Source: Candidatus Iainarchaeum sp. (GTDB taxonomy: Archaea > Iainarchaeota > Iainarchaeia > Iainarchaeales > JAZDEL01). Taken from it: DNA of 32,000 bases. Below the pieces are notes generated by a model. That model was not told the origin of the DNA. It worked only from the letters and a program-made list of their open reading frames with translations, and did no database searches. The position numbers were made by a program, and so were the translations under genes. The DNA lies in NCBI GenBank assembly GCA_043808785.1, contig JAZDEL010000003.1:1-32000 (forward strand), written 5' to 3'. Positions 22,791 through 31,509 of this stretch are shown in pieces (position 1 is the first letter of the stretch; every line of letters begins with the position of its first letter).

Positions 22791-22888
22791 GGGCATAAAT
22801 ATGGAAGCATTTTAGCCAATTTTTTCTTTCTTGCTTCCGAGTTTATGTGCCTGCGCAGCTGCTGTTGGCAGCGCGCAAAGCAAAACCC

Positions 22889-22896
22889 TTTTATAG
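22889..22896 (+). promoter_or_regulatory. TATA-like box upstream of 22918 gene
   Basis: TTTTATAG lies 22 nt before ATG 22918. Confidence 0.4.
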
Positions 22897-22917
22897 CCCA
22901 ATTGCGTAGTAATTTGC

Positions 22918-23379
22918 ATGGTTTCGGTCAAGGGCGCAGGGCGCGTGCTGGGTGAAAAAGCGCGCGAAAAGGCCGCGGGTGCGCGCAAAAAACTCCGCTC
23001 CGCAAAGGAGCGCCTCGGTGATGTTAAGGACAACTGGCGCATGAGCGGCAGGAAGGCTGTTGCGGATTACGCAAAGGAAAAGGTAAGCGAGGCACGCGCC
23101 GACAGGCGCTATGCCTCGATTTACGTTATTGAAATTGCGCTGATTGCGGTCATAGTTTTCTCAATCGCCGTTTTCATAGATGACGGGGCACAGCTGAACC
23201 TCTTCAGTTTCATGCCGCAGCAGGCAGGCGCCTGCACAGCGCTGAGCGGTTCCGCATCGGCAGGCTCCCCTGCCTGCGCATTCCTGCCCCCTCCTTATTC
23301 ATACATTGTGTTCATCCTCGTGCTTGTTGTTGTTTTCCTCTTGTACAGGTACACTGAAGAATTCAGGAAATCAGAGTGA
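22918..23379 (+). CDS. hypothetical two-TM membrane protein with basic N-terminal cytoplasmic domain
   Basis: Lys/Arg/Ala-rich ~65-aa N-terminus, a TM helix, a Cys-containing loop and a second TM helix. A TATA-like box lies 22 nt upstream of the ATG. Confidence 0.5.
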   Translation: MVSVKGAGRVLGEKAREKAAGARKKLRSAKERLGDVKDNWRMSGRKAVADYAKEKVSEARADRRYASIYVIEIALIAVIVFSIAVFIDDGAQLNLFSFMPQQAGACTALSGSASAGSPACAFLPPPYSYIVFILVLVVVFLLYRYTEEFRKSE

Positions 23380-23389
23380 GGGTTCTGCA

Positions 23390-24772
23390 ATGCGCCCCGC
23401 AGGCCAGCCAGTGAAGGAAGCGCACGGCCTGAAGCGCTCCGTAACCTTCCTTGAGGCGACGATTTACGGCATCGGCGTAATCTTCGGCGCGGGCATATAT
23501 GCACTCATAGGCGAGGCAGCCGGAATTGCGGGCAACGCAATATGGCTTTCATTCGTTCTTGCGGCGTTCATTGCCGCGCTCACGGCGCTCAGTTATGCGG
23601 AACTCTCCTCCATCTTCCCGAAATCCGCGGCAGAATACGTTTACACGAAAAACGCCTTCCGCTCGAAGCGGTTTGCATTCCTCATAGGCTGGATAATGCT
23701 TGTGACAGGCATAACCGCGGTTTCAACCGTAGCCCTGGGCTTCGGCGGCTATTTCGCATCCCTCTCAGGCATGCCAGTGCTTCCCGTGGCGCTGGGGGTT
23801 ATTGCCGCGCTTTCTTTCCTTAATTTCTGGGGCATAAAGGAATCCGCGCGCGCGAACATAATTTTCACGCTCATCGAATCCGCGGGCCTCGTGCTAGTGA
23901 TTTTCATCGCGCTCCCGTACCTCGGCTCTGTGGATTATTTCGCGCTCCCCGCGGGGGCCGCCCCCGCAGTGCCCGGCATCCTCCAGTCCCTCTCCCCAGT
24001 TGCGCTTGCGGCATCGCTGATTTTCTTCGCATACCTCGGCTTCGAGGACATCGTTAACATTTCCGAGGAAGTAAAGGATGCAAGGAAGAACATTCCAATG
24101 GCGCTGCTCACTGCGCTCGCAATCTCGACCGTTGTTTACATCCTTGTCGCAATAAGCGTCGTGAGCGTTGTGCCTTATTCCGAACTCGCCGCCTCAAATG
24201 CGCCCCTGGCGCTCGTTGCGGAAAAGGCGCTCGGCTCCTCCGCAGGCTTCGCGCTGGCAATAATAGCCCTCTTCGCCACAGCGAACACCGTGCTTGTGAT
24301 GCTGATTGCGGCATCGCGCAGGATTTACGGCATGGCAATGGAAAAGTCCCTGCCGCGGGCTTTTGCAAGCGTGCACGCGCTGCGCCGAACCCCGCACATC
24401 GCGGTGCTCGCATCATTCATAATCGCATCCCTGTTCGCAATAATCGCCTACTTTGTCCAGACAGCCTCGACCTCCGCGATTGAAACAATAGCGCTGATGA
24501 CAAACATGGGGCTTTTCATACTGTTCATTTCGGTTAACGCAAGCGTAATCGCCCTGCGCAGAACGGTTCCCGACAGCGAGCGCGGGTTCAAGGTGCCGCT
24601 GAACGTGGGCAACGTGCCGCTGCCCGCTCTCTGCGGCATACTCATATGCCTCGCATTCCTAACGCAATTCTCCGCACCCGTAAACGTGCTGGGCATTGAA
24701 ATGCCGGTTTTTATCCCCACGCTGGCGGTGTTCGCATTGGGCGTGCCTGTTTACCGGGTGCTGAACAGGTAA
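23390..24772 (+). CDS. APC-superfamily amino acid permease
   Basis: About 12 TM helices. N-terminal LKRSVTFLEATIYGIGVIFGAGIYALIGEAAG is typical of APC transporters. ATG 23390 is preceded by GAGGG. Confidence 0.85.
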   Translation: MRPAGQPVKEAHGLKRSVTFLEATIYGIGVIFGAGIYALIGEAAGIAGNAIWLSFVLAAFIAALTALSYAELSSIFPKSAAEYVYTKNAFRSKRFAFLIGWIMLVTGITAVSTVALGFGGYFASLSGMPVLPVALGVIAALSFLNFWGIKESARANIIFTLIESAGLVLVIFIALPYLGSVDYFALPAGAAPAVPGILQSLSPVALAASLIFFAYLGFEDIVNISEEVKDARKNIPMALLTALAISTVVYILVAISVVSVVPYSELAASNAPLALVAEKALGSSAGFALAIIALFATANTVLVMLIAASRRIYGMAMEKSLPRAFASVHALRRTPHIAVLASFIIASLFAIIAYFVQTASTSAIETIALMTNMGLFILFISVNASVIALRRTVPDSERGFKVPLNVGNVPLPALCGILICLAFLTQFSAPVNVLGIEMPVFIPTLAVFALGVPVYRVLNR

Positions 24773-24808
24773 ACGCCGTTGAATTCCGTTCCTGCGCCTG
24801 CGAAACCA

Positions 24809-24816
24809 TTATAAAT
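24809..24816 (+). promoter_or_regulatory. TATA-like box upstream of 24845 gene
   Basis: TTATAAAT lies 28 nt before ATG 24845. Confidence 0.4.
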
Positions 24817-24844
24817 ATCCCCGCACATTATTCCCTCGGTCTTC

Positions 24845-25420
24845 ATGGTGCTTAACCTCTGGATACCGCTGCTTGCGCTTGCAATTGCCGTTTTCGCAAT
24901 CGTAACCACGAAATGCAAAGAACTTCTCAAGCCCGCGGTTATTATGGGGCTTGCCCTTGTTGTGATTGATTTCATCGGCGAATACCTCGGCTCAGCCATG
25001 GGCCTTTGGCAGGTTAACCCCGAAACCTCACTCCTCATGCTCGGTCCCGCACCTGTGGAAGTGCTGCTCATTGCATTCTTCGCCGGCGCAACCTATTATT
25101 ACATTCTCGCCCCGAAAACAGATTTCAAGCGCATGGTTTTTACCGCGCTGATGATTTCAACAGCGGGAATGGCCCTGGAAAACGAACTTGTTGCGGCAGG
25201 GCACATAATTTACAACCCTGCAGCAGGCACAGGCACTATCGAGGACATTTTCGCCAATCTCCTTGCAACAGGCACCTCATACCCCCGGCCATGGAACCCG
25301 GTTTACGCATTCATCTCTTACTTTGCGGTCTTCACTGCGCTCTTCTTCATGAAGGGCTTTATCCATAATACATTCGCTGGAAAAGCGGCACTGAAGTGCA
25401 GGTGCTTTGAGGGCGATTAG
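24845..25420 (+). CDS. hypothetical polytopic membrane protein
   Basis: 191 aa with 5-6 hydrophobic segments. A TTATAAAT box lies 28 nt upstream. No recognisable motif. Confidence 0.5.
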   Translation: MVLNLWIPLLALAIAVFAIVTTKCKELLKPAVIMGLALVVIDFIGEYLGSAMGLWQVNPETSLLMLGPAPVEVLLIAFFAGATYYYILAPKTDFKRMVFTALMISTAGMALENELVAAGHIIYNPAAGTGTIEDIFANLLATGTSYPRPWNPVYAFISYFAVFTALFFMKGFIHNTFAGKAALKCRCFEGD

Positions 25421-25465
25421 CGGTTAATTTCTTAAGTCTTCATCACTTCTCAGGAGGGATTGGAT

Positions 25466-26572
25466 TTGAATATAGGCGTTCTCAGGGAGATAAAGGACAG
25501 GGAAAACAGGGTTGCATTAACCCCCGAAGGGGCAAAGAAACTGGCTGAAGCAGGGCACAAGGTTTTCTTCGAGCGCAAGTGCGGCGCTGGCTCCGGCATA
25601 CACGACCACGAGTACGAGGCTGCAGGGGCGCAGAAAATAAGCACACCCAAGGAAGTGGTGAAGAAGTCGGACATTATTGTCAAGGTGAAGGAGCCCATAA
25701 ACGACGAACCCGCATATTTCGACGAAAGCAAAATACTGTTCACATACCTGCATTACGCATCCTCGCGCGAACTCACGGAGGCGATGCTGAAGAGCGGCGC
25801 GGCAACAATCGCCTATGAAACCATCGAGGGCAAGGACGGCAGGCTGCCCCTGCTTGTTCCCATGAGCGAGGTTTCAGGGAGAATGTCGGCATACATAGGC
25901 GCATATTACCTCATGAAGCACAAGGGCGGCAAGGGCGTGCTTATGAGCGGAGTAACTGGCGTGGCTCCCGCAAAGGTCGTAATCCTCGGCGGAGGCACAG
26001 CTGGCAGCAACGCCGCAATGGTTGCCTGCGGCACCGGTGCGGATGTAACCATATTTGAAATCAACCCGAAACGCATAGAGGAACTGAAAAAGGAACTGCC
26101 GAAGGCAAAGGTTGTGCAGTCCTCGCAGGGCGCGGTTTCCGAGGCGATAAAGGGCGCGGATGTTTTGATAGGCGCGGTTCTCGTGCCAGGTGCAAAGGCC
26201 CCGAAAGTCGTTAGCACGGAAATGGTGCACTCCATGCAGAAGGGCTCGGTTATTGTTGATATCGCAATAGACCAGGGCGGGTGCATCGCAACTTCCCGCC
26301 CAACTTCGCACTCGGGCCCGATTTTCGAGGTTGCTGGCATCACGCACTACTGCGTGACAAACATGCCCGGCGCGTTCCCGCGCACCTCGACATATGCGCT
26401 CACGAACGTAACACTGCCTTACTTAATGAAACTCGCCGACAAGGGGCTTGCGGCATTGAAAGATGACCCCGGCTTAATGCTCGGCCTGAACACATATAAA
26501 GGAAAGGTCACATTCAAGGGCGTTGCGGAAGCGTTCGGGATGCAGTACACGGACCCGAAGACGATGGTGTGA
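25466..26572 (+). CDS. ald: L-alanine dehydrogenase (AlaDH/PNT family, bacterial type)
   Basis: IGVLREIKDRENRVALTP, Rossmann VVILGGGTAGSNAA and VDIAIDQGGC. TTG 25466 lies 8 nt after GGAGG and gives MNIGVL...; the alternative TTG is at 25460. Confidence 0.9.
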   Translation: MNIGVLREIKDRENRVALTPEGAKKLAEAGHKVFFERKCGAGSGIHDHEYEAAGAQKISTPKEVVKKSDIIVKVKEPINDEPAYFDESKILFTYLHYASSRELTEAMLKSGAATIAYETIEGKDGRLPLLVPMSEVSGRMSAYIGAYYLMKHKGGKGVLMSGVTGVAPAKVVILGGGTAGSNAAMVACGTGADVTIFEINPKRIEELKKELPKAKVVQSSQGAVSEAIKGADVLIGAVLVPGAKAPKVVSTEMVHSMQKGSVIVDIAIDQGGCIATSRPTSHSGPIFEVAGITHYCVTNMPGAFPRTSTYALTNVTLPYLMKLADKGLAALKDDPGLMLGLNTYKGKVTFKGVAEAFGMQYTDPKTMV

Positions 26573-26592
26573 CACCCTGCGGGACGCATAGC

Positions 26593-27528
26593 TTAATCGC
26601 GCAGTTTTTTCTTGTGCATAATATACTCGTGCGTCTCCGTCCCTATGCCATTTTTCCTGTACGCCAGCGACTGCTTTGGAATAACTTCCGGCCATTTGTG
26701 CACCTCTACCCACCCGCGTTTGGGCAAATATCTTGCAGTAGTATCGGTACGGAGCATCGCGCCCAGTTCCCCAATGCCAGTCCGCCTTGCAGCGCTCTCG
26801 ACAGCGTCTAATAGAACAAATGACAGTTTATTGTGCCTGTAATTGTAGGTTTTAGTTTTTGATTCTTCAAGCCGTTTGTCGATTCTTGCGAGAGTTTCCT
26901 TGTCCATCCATAGCCAGTCAGTCAAATCGTCAAAGCGCTGGCTGCCCCTCTTTTCCCCCGCCATCTTTTTTCTTATCTTTTTGATTTCTTCAATTTCACC
27001 CGGCTCTGCGGAATTTTTTAGGGTTTTCCGGTCCTGCGGGCTCAGGGATGTGTTCTTCCGCCTTACTCTTTCGGATATCGCGAGTGATGAAACATTTGGC
27101 CTTATCAGTTCCGGACGGAATGAAACCAAGCCAATAGTTGTTTCCTGGCCGTTCCATATTGTATTCAGCGAATATCCGCCGTAGGGGTTTTGCGCACCCC
27201 CCGTTTTTCTCAAAACAAGAACCCTTTCTTTCCTCACGGGGTCTTTAAGCACGAACAGTGCGTTCCCGTCTTCGGTTATTCGGGGTGTCTCAAAAATGTG
27301 CCCCGCGTGCTCTATCCTGAGAACCCTGTTGTTTGATTTGACCGCCCCTGCAGGGAGCAGCAGATGATTCCACTTCCCGCTTTTCGGAATTTCAAAGCCG
27401 CTTTCATAAGGCTTGAAATTCTGCAGATGTTTTTGCGTAATTCTTTTCGCGTTCGGAAACAGAACCGCATGCCCGAGCAATTTAATTGGTTTCCTTGGCC
27501 CTAGCAATTTAACATTGCGTTTTTCCAT
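26593..27528 (-). CDS. uncharacterised protein, paralog A of tandem pair
   Basis: 311 aa from ATG 27528. About half of the N-terminal ~110 residues are identical to 27565..28476. Central Lys/Glu/Arg-rich segment, then a C-terminal Y.YR..KLS...aA...G....T..Y...GWV pattern. AT-rich. Confidence 0.6.
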   Translation of the reverse strand: MEKRNVKLLGPRKPIKLLGHAVLFPNAKRITQKHLQNFKPYESGFEIPKSGKWNHLLLPAGAVKSNNRVLRIEHAGHIFETPRITEDGNALFVLKDPVRKERVLVLRKTGGAQNPYGGYSLNTIWNGQETTIGLVSFRPELIRPNVSSLAISERVRRKNTSLSPQDRKTLKNSAEPGEIEEIKKIRKKMAGEKRGSQRFDDLTDWLWMDKETLARIDKRLEESKTKTYNYRHNKLSFVLLDAVESAARRTGIGELGAMLRTDTTARYLPKRGWVEVHKWPEVIPKQSLAYRKNGIGTETHEYIMHKKKLRD

Positions 27529-27564
27529 AGCAATCAACCCCGATTCGTACTCATGCCTTCGCAG

Positions 27565-28476
27565 CTAGCCACCCTCAGCCTGCAGGTTCAGCCTGTAAAT
27601 CCTGTAGTTCCCGCTGAACTTTTTAGTGGGCACCCAGCCATACCTGTCAAAATACTTTTCCGTTGTGCTCGGGGTTAGCGCGCCTTCCAAAAACCTCAGC
27701 CCCGCCTTTTTTGCGGCATTCACGCTCAGGTCGTAGATTGCCCCGGAAAGCTTTTTGCTCCTGTAATCGTATCTCTTTATTTTTGCATCCTTGTCTCTGT
27801 ATGCCCAATCATAGTATTTCCATTCCATTATGTCTATTTTACCCGGACCGAGGTTATGCTTCGTCCATTCTTTTTTGAATAATTCTTCATTAGGCTCAAA
27901 CCCTACAATTTTTTCCCGTTTCCTGTGCTCCTCCAGGGCGTTTTCCAAGGCTAACTTCCTGTGCTTTGGGTTATTCCGCCTCTTTGACAACTCGATTGCC
28001 TCGCCCGCAGTAATCGAACTCGGCTTCCTCCTCACATCGCCGTAAATTTCAAGGTGCTTAATCCAGCCGCAGTTTTGCTCCGTAGGGTGCCGAACCATAT
28101 ACATCCCGCCTATGTACTGTTCATGCCCGTTCCAGAGCGAGGTCAGCAGGTACCTGCCGAACGGATCATTTGTTTCGCCCGACTTCCTCAGGAGCACAAC
28201 CCGCCCCTTCCTTACCGGATCCTTCAATGCAAGCAGCACCGACCCGTAATTCGTTTTCAGCGGAGTTTCAAGAATCCGCCCTTCATGTTCAATCCTGAGT
28301 GCTGTGCGGCTTGCCTTCACAGCGCCCGAAGGAAGTCGCAGGTTCTGCAGTTCCTTTTTTTCCGGAATATTGAAATCGCTTCCATATGGCCGAAACTTTT
28401 GCAGGTGCTTTTGCGTAGTTTCTTTAGCTTTCGGGAACCGCACCATTCTTCCGATTTTTTCAACATTCACCGCCAC
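27565..28476 (-). CDS. uncharacterised protein, paralog B of tandem pair
   Basis: 303 aa. The GTG start at 28476 overlaps the kae1 stop (GTGGCGGTGA). Same conserved blocks as paralog A. Confidence 0.6.
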   Translation of the reverse strand: MAVNVEKIGRMVRFPKAKETTQKHLQKFRPYGSDFNIPEKKELQNLRLPSGAVKASRTALRIEHEGRILETPLKTNYGSVLLALKDPVRKGRVVLLRKSGETNDPFGRYLLTSLWNGHEQYIGGMYMVRHPTEQNCGWIKHLEIYGDVRRKPSSITAGEAIELSKRRNNPKHRKLALENALEEHRKREKIVGFEPNEELFKKEWTKHNLGPGKIDIMEWKYYDWAYRDKDAKIKRYDYRSKKLSGAIYDLSVNAAKKAGLRFLEGALTPSTTEKYFDRYGWVPTKKFSGNYRIYRLNLQAEGG

Positions 28477-29447
28477 TTCACCTCAACATCATCAGTCCTG
28501 AACCTCTGGTTCACGTGCGTGTCAGCAATGCGCTGCCTTCTTCCCGCTGCGTGCTCCAGCAAACCCTGCCACGCAATCATCGCGCCGTTATCCACCGCCA
28601 AATCCCGCGGCGTGGCGTAAAACTTCGCGCCCTGCCCCGCGCACATTTCGGAAAGCATTTCCTGCAATGCCTTGCTCGCCCCAACCCCGCCAGTTAGCAG
28701 AAGCTCCTTCTTGCCTGCATGAACCATCGCCCTTTCGCTCACCTCGGTGAGCATCGCAAATGCGGTGTGGAGTAAGGAATAAGCCAGCCGCTCCTTCTGC
28801 TCCCTGCCAACCTTACTCTCCGCTGCAGTGAGCAGCCCTGAAAAATTAAGGTCCATCCCTTTCACCGAGTAAGGCAGCTCCAGCAATTCCCTCCCCCCCT
28901 CGAAATACATCTTATCCAGCACAGGCCCCGCCGGAAACCCCAAACCAAGCGAACGCCCGAATGTGTCGAGCATATTCCCTATTCCCATATCGAGTGTTTC
29001 CCCGAAAACCCTGTACCTGCCCCCCTCATATGCGATAACCTGCGTGTTCGCGCCCGAGGCATAAACAACAAGCGGGTCCTTTGCACCGGTTTTCTTTTTT
29101 CCGATTTCGATGTGTGCAATGCAGTGGTTCACGCCGAGGATGGGTTTGTTATGTAGCAAAGAAAGTATTCGTGCGGAAGTTGCCCCTACTCTCAGGCAGG
29201 GCCCCAACCCCGGCCCCTGCGCAAATGAAAACAAATCAACATCACAGATTTCAATCCCGCCTTTCTCGAGCGCGCGTGAAATTACGCCCGCGGCATTTTC
29301 AAGGTGAGCATCCGCGGCATCCGCGGGCTTTATCCCCCCTTCATTTGTTGTGAACGCGCATTTCTCGTTCGCAAGAACGTTGCAGTGTTCATCCACAATT
29401 CCCGCGGAAAATGTGTGGGCAGTGCTCTCGATGCCGAGGCAAATCAT
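28467..29447 (-). CDS. kae1: tRNA N6-adenosine threonylcarbamoyltransferase Kae1
   Basis: ICLGIESTAHTFSAGIV, GVNHCIAHIEIG and the ASKHA fold throughout. The second ATG (29447) is better spaced from GGGGTG than the first (29453). Confidence 0.92.
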   Translation of the reverse strand: MICLGIESTAHTFSAGIVDEHCNVLANEKCAFTTNEGGIKPADAADAHLENAAGVISRALEKGGIEICDVDLFSFAQGPGLGPCLRVGATSARILSLLHNKPILGVNHCIAHIEIGKKKTGAKDPLVVYASGANTQVIAYEGGRYRVFGETLDMGIGNMLDTFGRSLGLGFPAGPVLDKMYFEGGRELLELPYSVKGMDLNFSGLLTAAESKVGREQKERLAYSLLHTAFAMLTEVSERAMVHAGKKELLLTGGVGASKALQEMLSEMCAGQGAKFYATPRDLAVDNGAMIAWQGLLEHAAGRRQRIADTHVNQRFRTDDVEVKWR

Positions 29448-29509
29448 TCCCATGCACCCCGCGCACGAAACGCGCAGCCTTTGCAGACCATTTCCCCGCC
29501 CCTTAAATG

Positions 29510-29525
29510 CCGCCGAGCGCGGCGG
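29510..29525 (-). other. GC hairpin CCGCCG-NNNN-CGGCGG immediately after the tsaC stop
   Basis: 6-bp perfect stem with a 4-nt loop, abutting the TAA at 29526..29528. It is followed by ATTTAAGG, a possible kae1 promoter element. Confidence 0.35.
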
Positions 29526-30152
29526 TTATTTTTTCCCTTCCCCCAGAACCCGCATTATCTCCGCCAGCGTAACCTCGCCCTGCCTGAGGATTTTCCTGTT
29601 CTTCACGTCGAAAATAGTTGTTGTCGGGCGCTCGGGAAGGTCGCCCGCGTCAAGTATGACATCCGCAATCCCGTTGAAAACCTCTATTGCATGCTCCCCG
29701 CTGTAGCACGGGTCGTAACCATAGAGGTTCGCACTAGTGGTTATTATCGGCTCGCCAAGCCCCGCACAGAGCGCGTTCGCAATTTTGTTGTTCGCAATCC
29801 TGAACCCTATGCCGTTGTTGCTGACCCATTCTGGAACCGTTTCCTTCCTCTTGACAACAATGCTCAATCTGCCGTGGTTAAAACGCTTCACAAGCCTGTC
29901 GGCATCCTCGTCCAGTACCGCATATTTCCCCGCCATTTCCCTGCCGGAAACATGCATAAGGAACGGCTTCCCGTTGCGCCTTGATTTGATGTCCTTTATT
30001 TTCTCGACAGCATCCCTTTCCTTTATGCTCGCGCCTATGCCGTAACTTGTTTCAGTGGGGTAAATAATTACCTTCCCCGCCTTAAGTTCCTTAACCGCAA
30101 GGCTTACCGCCTTCGCCCCCCCGATATCCTCAATCCTCAATATGATGGTCAT
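29526..30152 (-). CDS. tsaC: L-threonylcarbamoyladenylate synthase, YrdC-domain-only form (Sua5/TsaC family)
   Basis: VIIYPTETSYGIGA, KPFLMHV and ITTSANLYG motifs. At ~208 aa it lacks the C-terminal Sua5 domain. Start is ATG 30152, or GTG 30161 overlapping the upstream stop. Confidence 0.85.
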   Translation of the reverse strand: MTIILRIEDIGGAKAVSLAVKELKAGKVIIYPTETSYGIGASIKERDAVEKIKDIKSRRNGKPFLMHVSGREMAGKYAVLDEDADRLVKRFNHGRLSIVVKRKETVPEWVSNNGIGFRIANNKIANALCAGLGEPIITTSANLYGYDPCYSGEHAIEVFNGIADVILDAGDLPERPTTTIFDVKNRKILRQGEVTLAEIMRVLGEGKK

Positions 30153-30157
30153 TTTTA

Positions 30158-30697
30158 TCACATAAGCCAGCCAATTGCCATGAAATTATACGCCATGTGG
30201 GCAAAAATACCCGGGATGATGTTCTTGTTCGCCCTGTACGCGTGCGCAAGCAAGGCACCAAGCACAAACGCACCCAAAATCTCGGCAATTGAGCCGTAAC
30301 CAAAGTGCGCAAGGGCAAAAAACGCGGAAGAAACCCAGATTCCGGTTTTCTTTGCCAGAAAACCCCTGAAAAACACCTCCTCGCTAAAAACCCTGACTAT
30401 AATCAGGTACCCAAATATATAAATGGGTTGGTTTTTCAGGAAGCCGAGCTTTTCCTGCACAAGGTTAAGGTCGTTCATTCCCGCGATGGTTAACAGCGTT
30501 GATAGCGCGGCGGAAACAAGAAAAAGCGCGCAGAAAAGCCACGCGGCATTTTTAATTTCGGTTTTCGGTTCGCGGAAAAACAGCCCGAGTCCGGAAAGAA
30601 GCTTCCCCCCGCCCTTAACCTTATCGATAAGCGCCAGGTAAATTAACGGCGCGGCAATAATGAGCCCGTCAAAAAAAACCTGCTCTAGCAAGGTCAA
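30158..30697 (-). CDS. CPBP (CAAX/Abi) family intramembrane glutamic endopeptidase
   Basis: SEEVFFRGFL (EExxxR), FFALAHF (FxxxH) and HMAYN (HxxxN) motifs in a polytopic protein. TTG start is uncertain. Confidence 0.8.
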   Translation of the reverse strand: MTLLEQVFFDGLIIAAPLIYLALIDKVKGGGKLLSGLGLFFREPKTEIKNAAWLFCALFLVSAALSTLLTIAGMNDLNLVQEKLGFLKNQPIYIFGYLIIVRVFSEEVFFRGFLAKKTGIWVSSAFFALAHFGYGSIAEILGAFVLGALLAHAYRANKNIIPGIFAHMAYNFMAIGWLM

Positions 30698-30810
30698 TCA
30701 TCGCCAGCCATGGTTCGGCAAGGGTGCAATGCGCGCAAACGCACTTTGCGCCCAAGCCACATTGGCGCACCCTGTGTGGCAATCATCCGCGCCTTTGCGC
30801 GCAAGCGCAG

Positions 30811-31026
30811 TCATGCCTTCGGCTTCCACTCCGTGAAGCCGCATCTCCCGCAGCTGTCCCTGTCCTTGTGCGAAGCAAGGAACACGCCCGAGCCGCACTT
30901 CGGGCACTGCTTCCTGCTCCTGCCTATTGCTCCCCCGTCCATAGTGTAGCACGAGCCCTTCCCCGTTTTTTTCTCCTTCGCTTTCGCCTTTCCCCCGCCA
31001 GCCTTTCCTTTTGCGTCATCCGCCAT
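30811..31026 (-). CDS. rps27ae: 30S ribosomal protein S27ae (eS31) with Lys/Gly/Ala-rich N-terminal tail
   Basis: CPKCGSGVFLASHKDRDSCGRCGF zinc ribbon. Position after rps24e is the conserved archaeal order. Confidence 0.85.
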   Translation of the reverse strand: MADDAKGKAGGGKAKAKEKKTGKGSCYTMDGGAIGRSRKQCPKCGSGVFLASHKDRDSCGRCGFTEWKPKA

Positions 31027-31056
31027 TTACACCACTCCCTGTTTTTGAAATTAATT

Positions 31057-31509
31057 TTATTTCGCTTCCGCTTTCTCCGCAGGCTTTTCCGCACCCGCCT
31101 TTGCAGCCTCTGCTTCGGCCTTTCCCCCGCCAGCGTGCCCAGGCTCGGCAGCCTTTGCCTTGCCTTCCTGCCCGTCATTCTTTGTTGCAGCCGGCGCTGC
31201 CGCTTTCTTCCCCCCTTTCTTCTGCCTGCCCCTGAGCCCGAGGGTGCGGTTTATTACGAACTTTTCCTCAACCGCCTCCATACTCTCCCTGGATGGGTAA
31301 ACAGTTGCCCCGCCCGTAACCCTGTGCTCGCCGAACCTCTCGGTAATGCTCCCCAACGCAATGCTTTCCTCCTTCGCATTGCACAGCGCGGCAAGTTTTG
31401 CCCTTATCTCCTTCCTGCCGGGCGTCTTCACACAGTCCGAAACCTCGAACATGAGTTCCTCCCTGCCTATGAGCGGGTTCTTCACCCTGCCTGTTATTTC
31501 CAGTTTCAT
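31057..31509 (-). CDS. rps24e: 30S ribosomal protein S24e (eS24) with ~50-aa Lys/Ala/Gly/Glu-rich C-terminal tail
   Basis: The N-terminal ~100 aa (NPLIGREELMFEV...TPGRKEIRAKLA...FGEHRVTGGATVY) match S24e. GGGGTG SD is present. Confidence 0.88.
   Translation of the reverse strand: MKLEITGRVKNPLIGREELMFEVSDCVKTPGRKEIRAKLAALCNAKEESIALGSITERFGEHRVTGGATVYPSRESMEAVEEKFVINRTLGLRGRQKKGGKKAAAPAATKNDGQEGKAKAAEPGHAGGGKAEAEAAKAGAEKPAEKAEAK

Noticed and set aside
22851-22877. Imperfect hairpin TGCGC-A-GCTGC...GCAGC-GCGCA downstream of the 77-aa gene, considered as a terminator.
   Set aside because: The stem is bulged and no T-tract follows it. It is indistinguishable from chance GC-rich self-complementarity.
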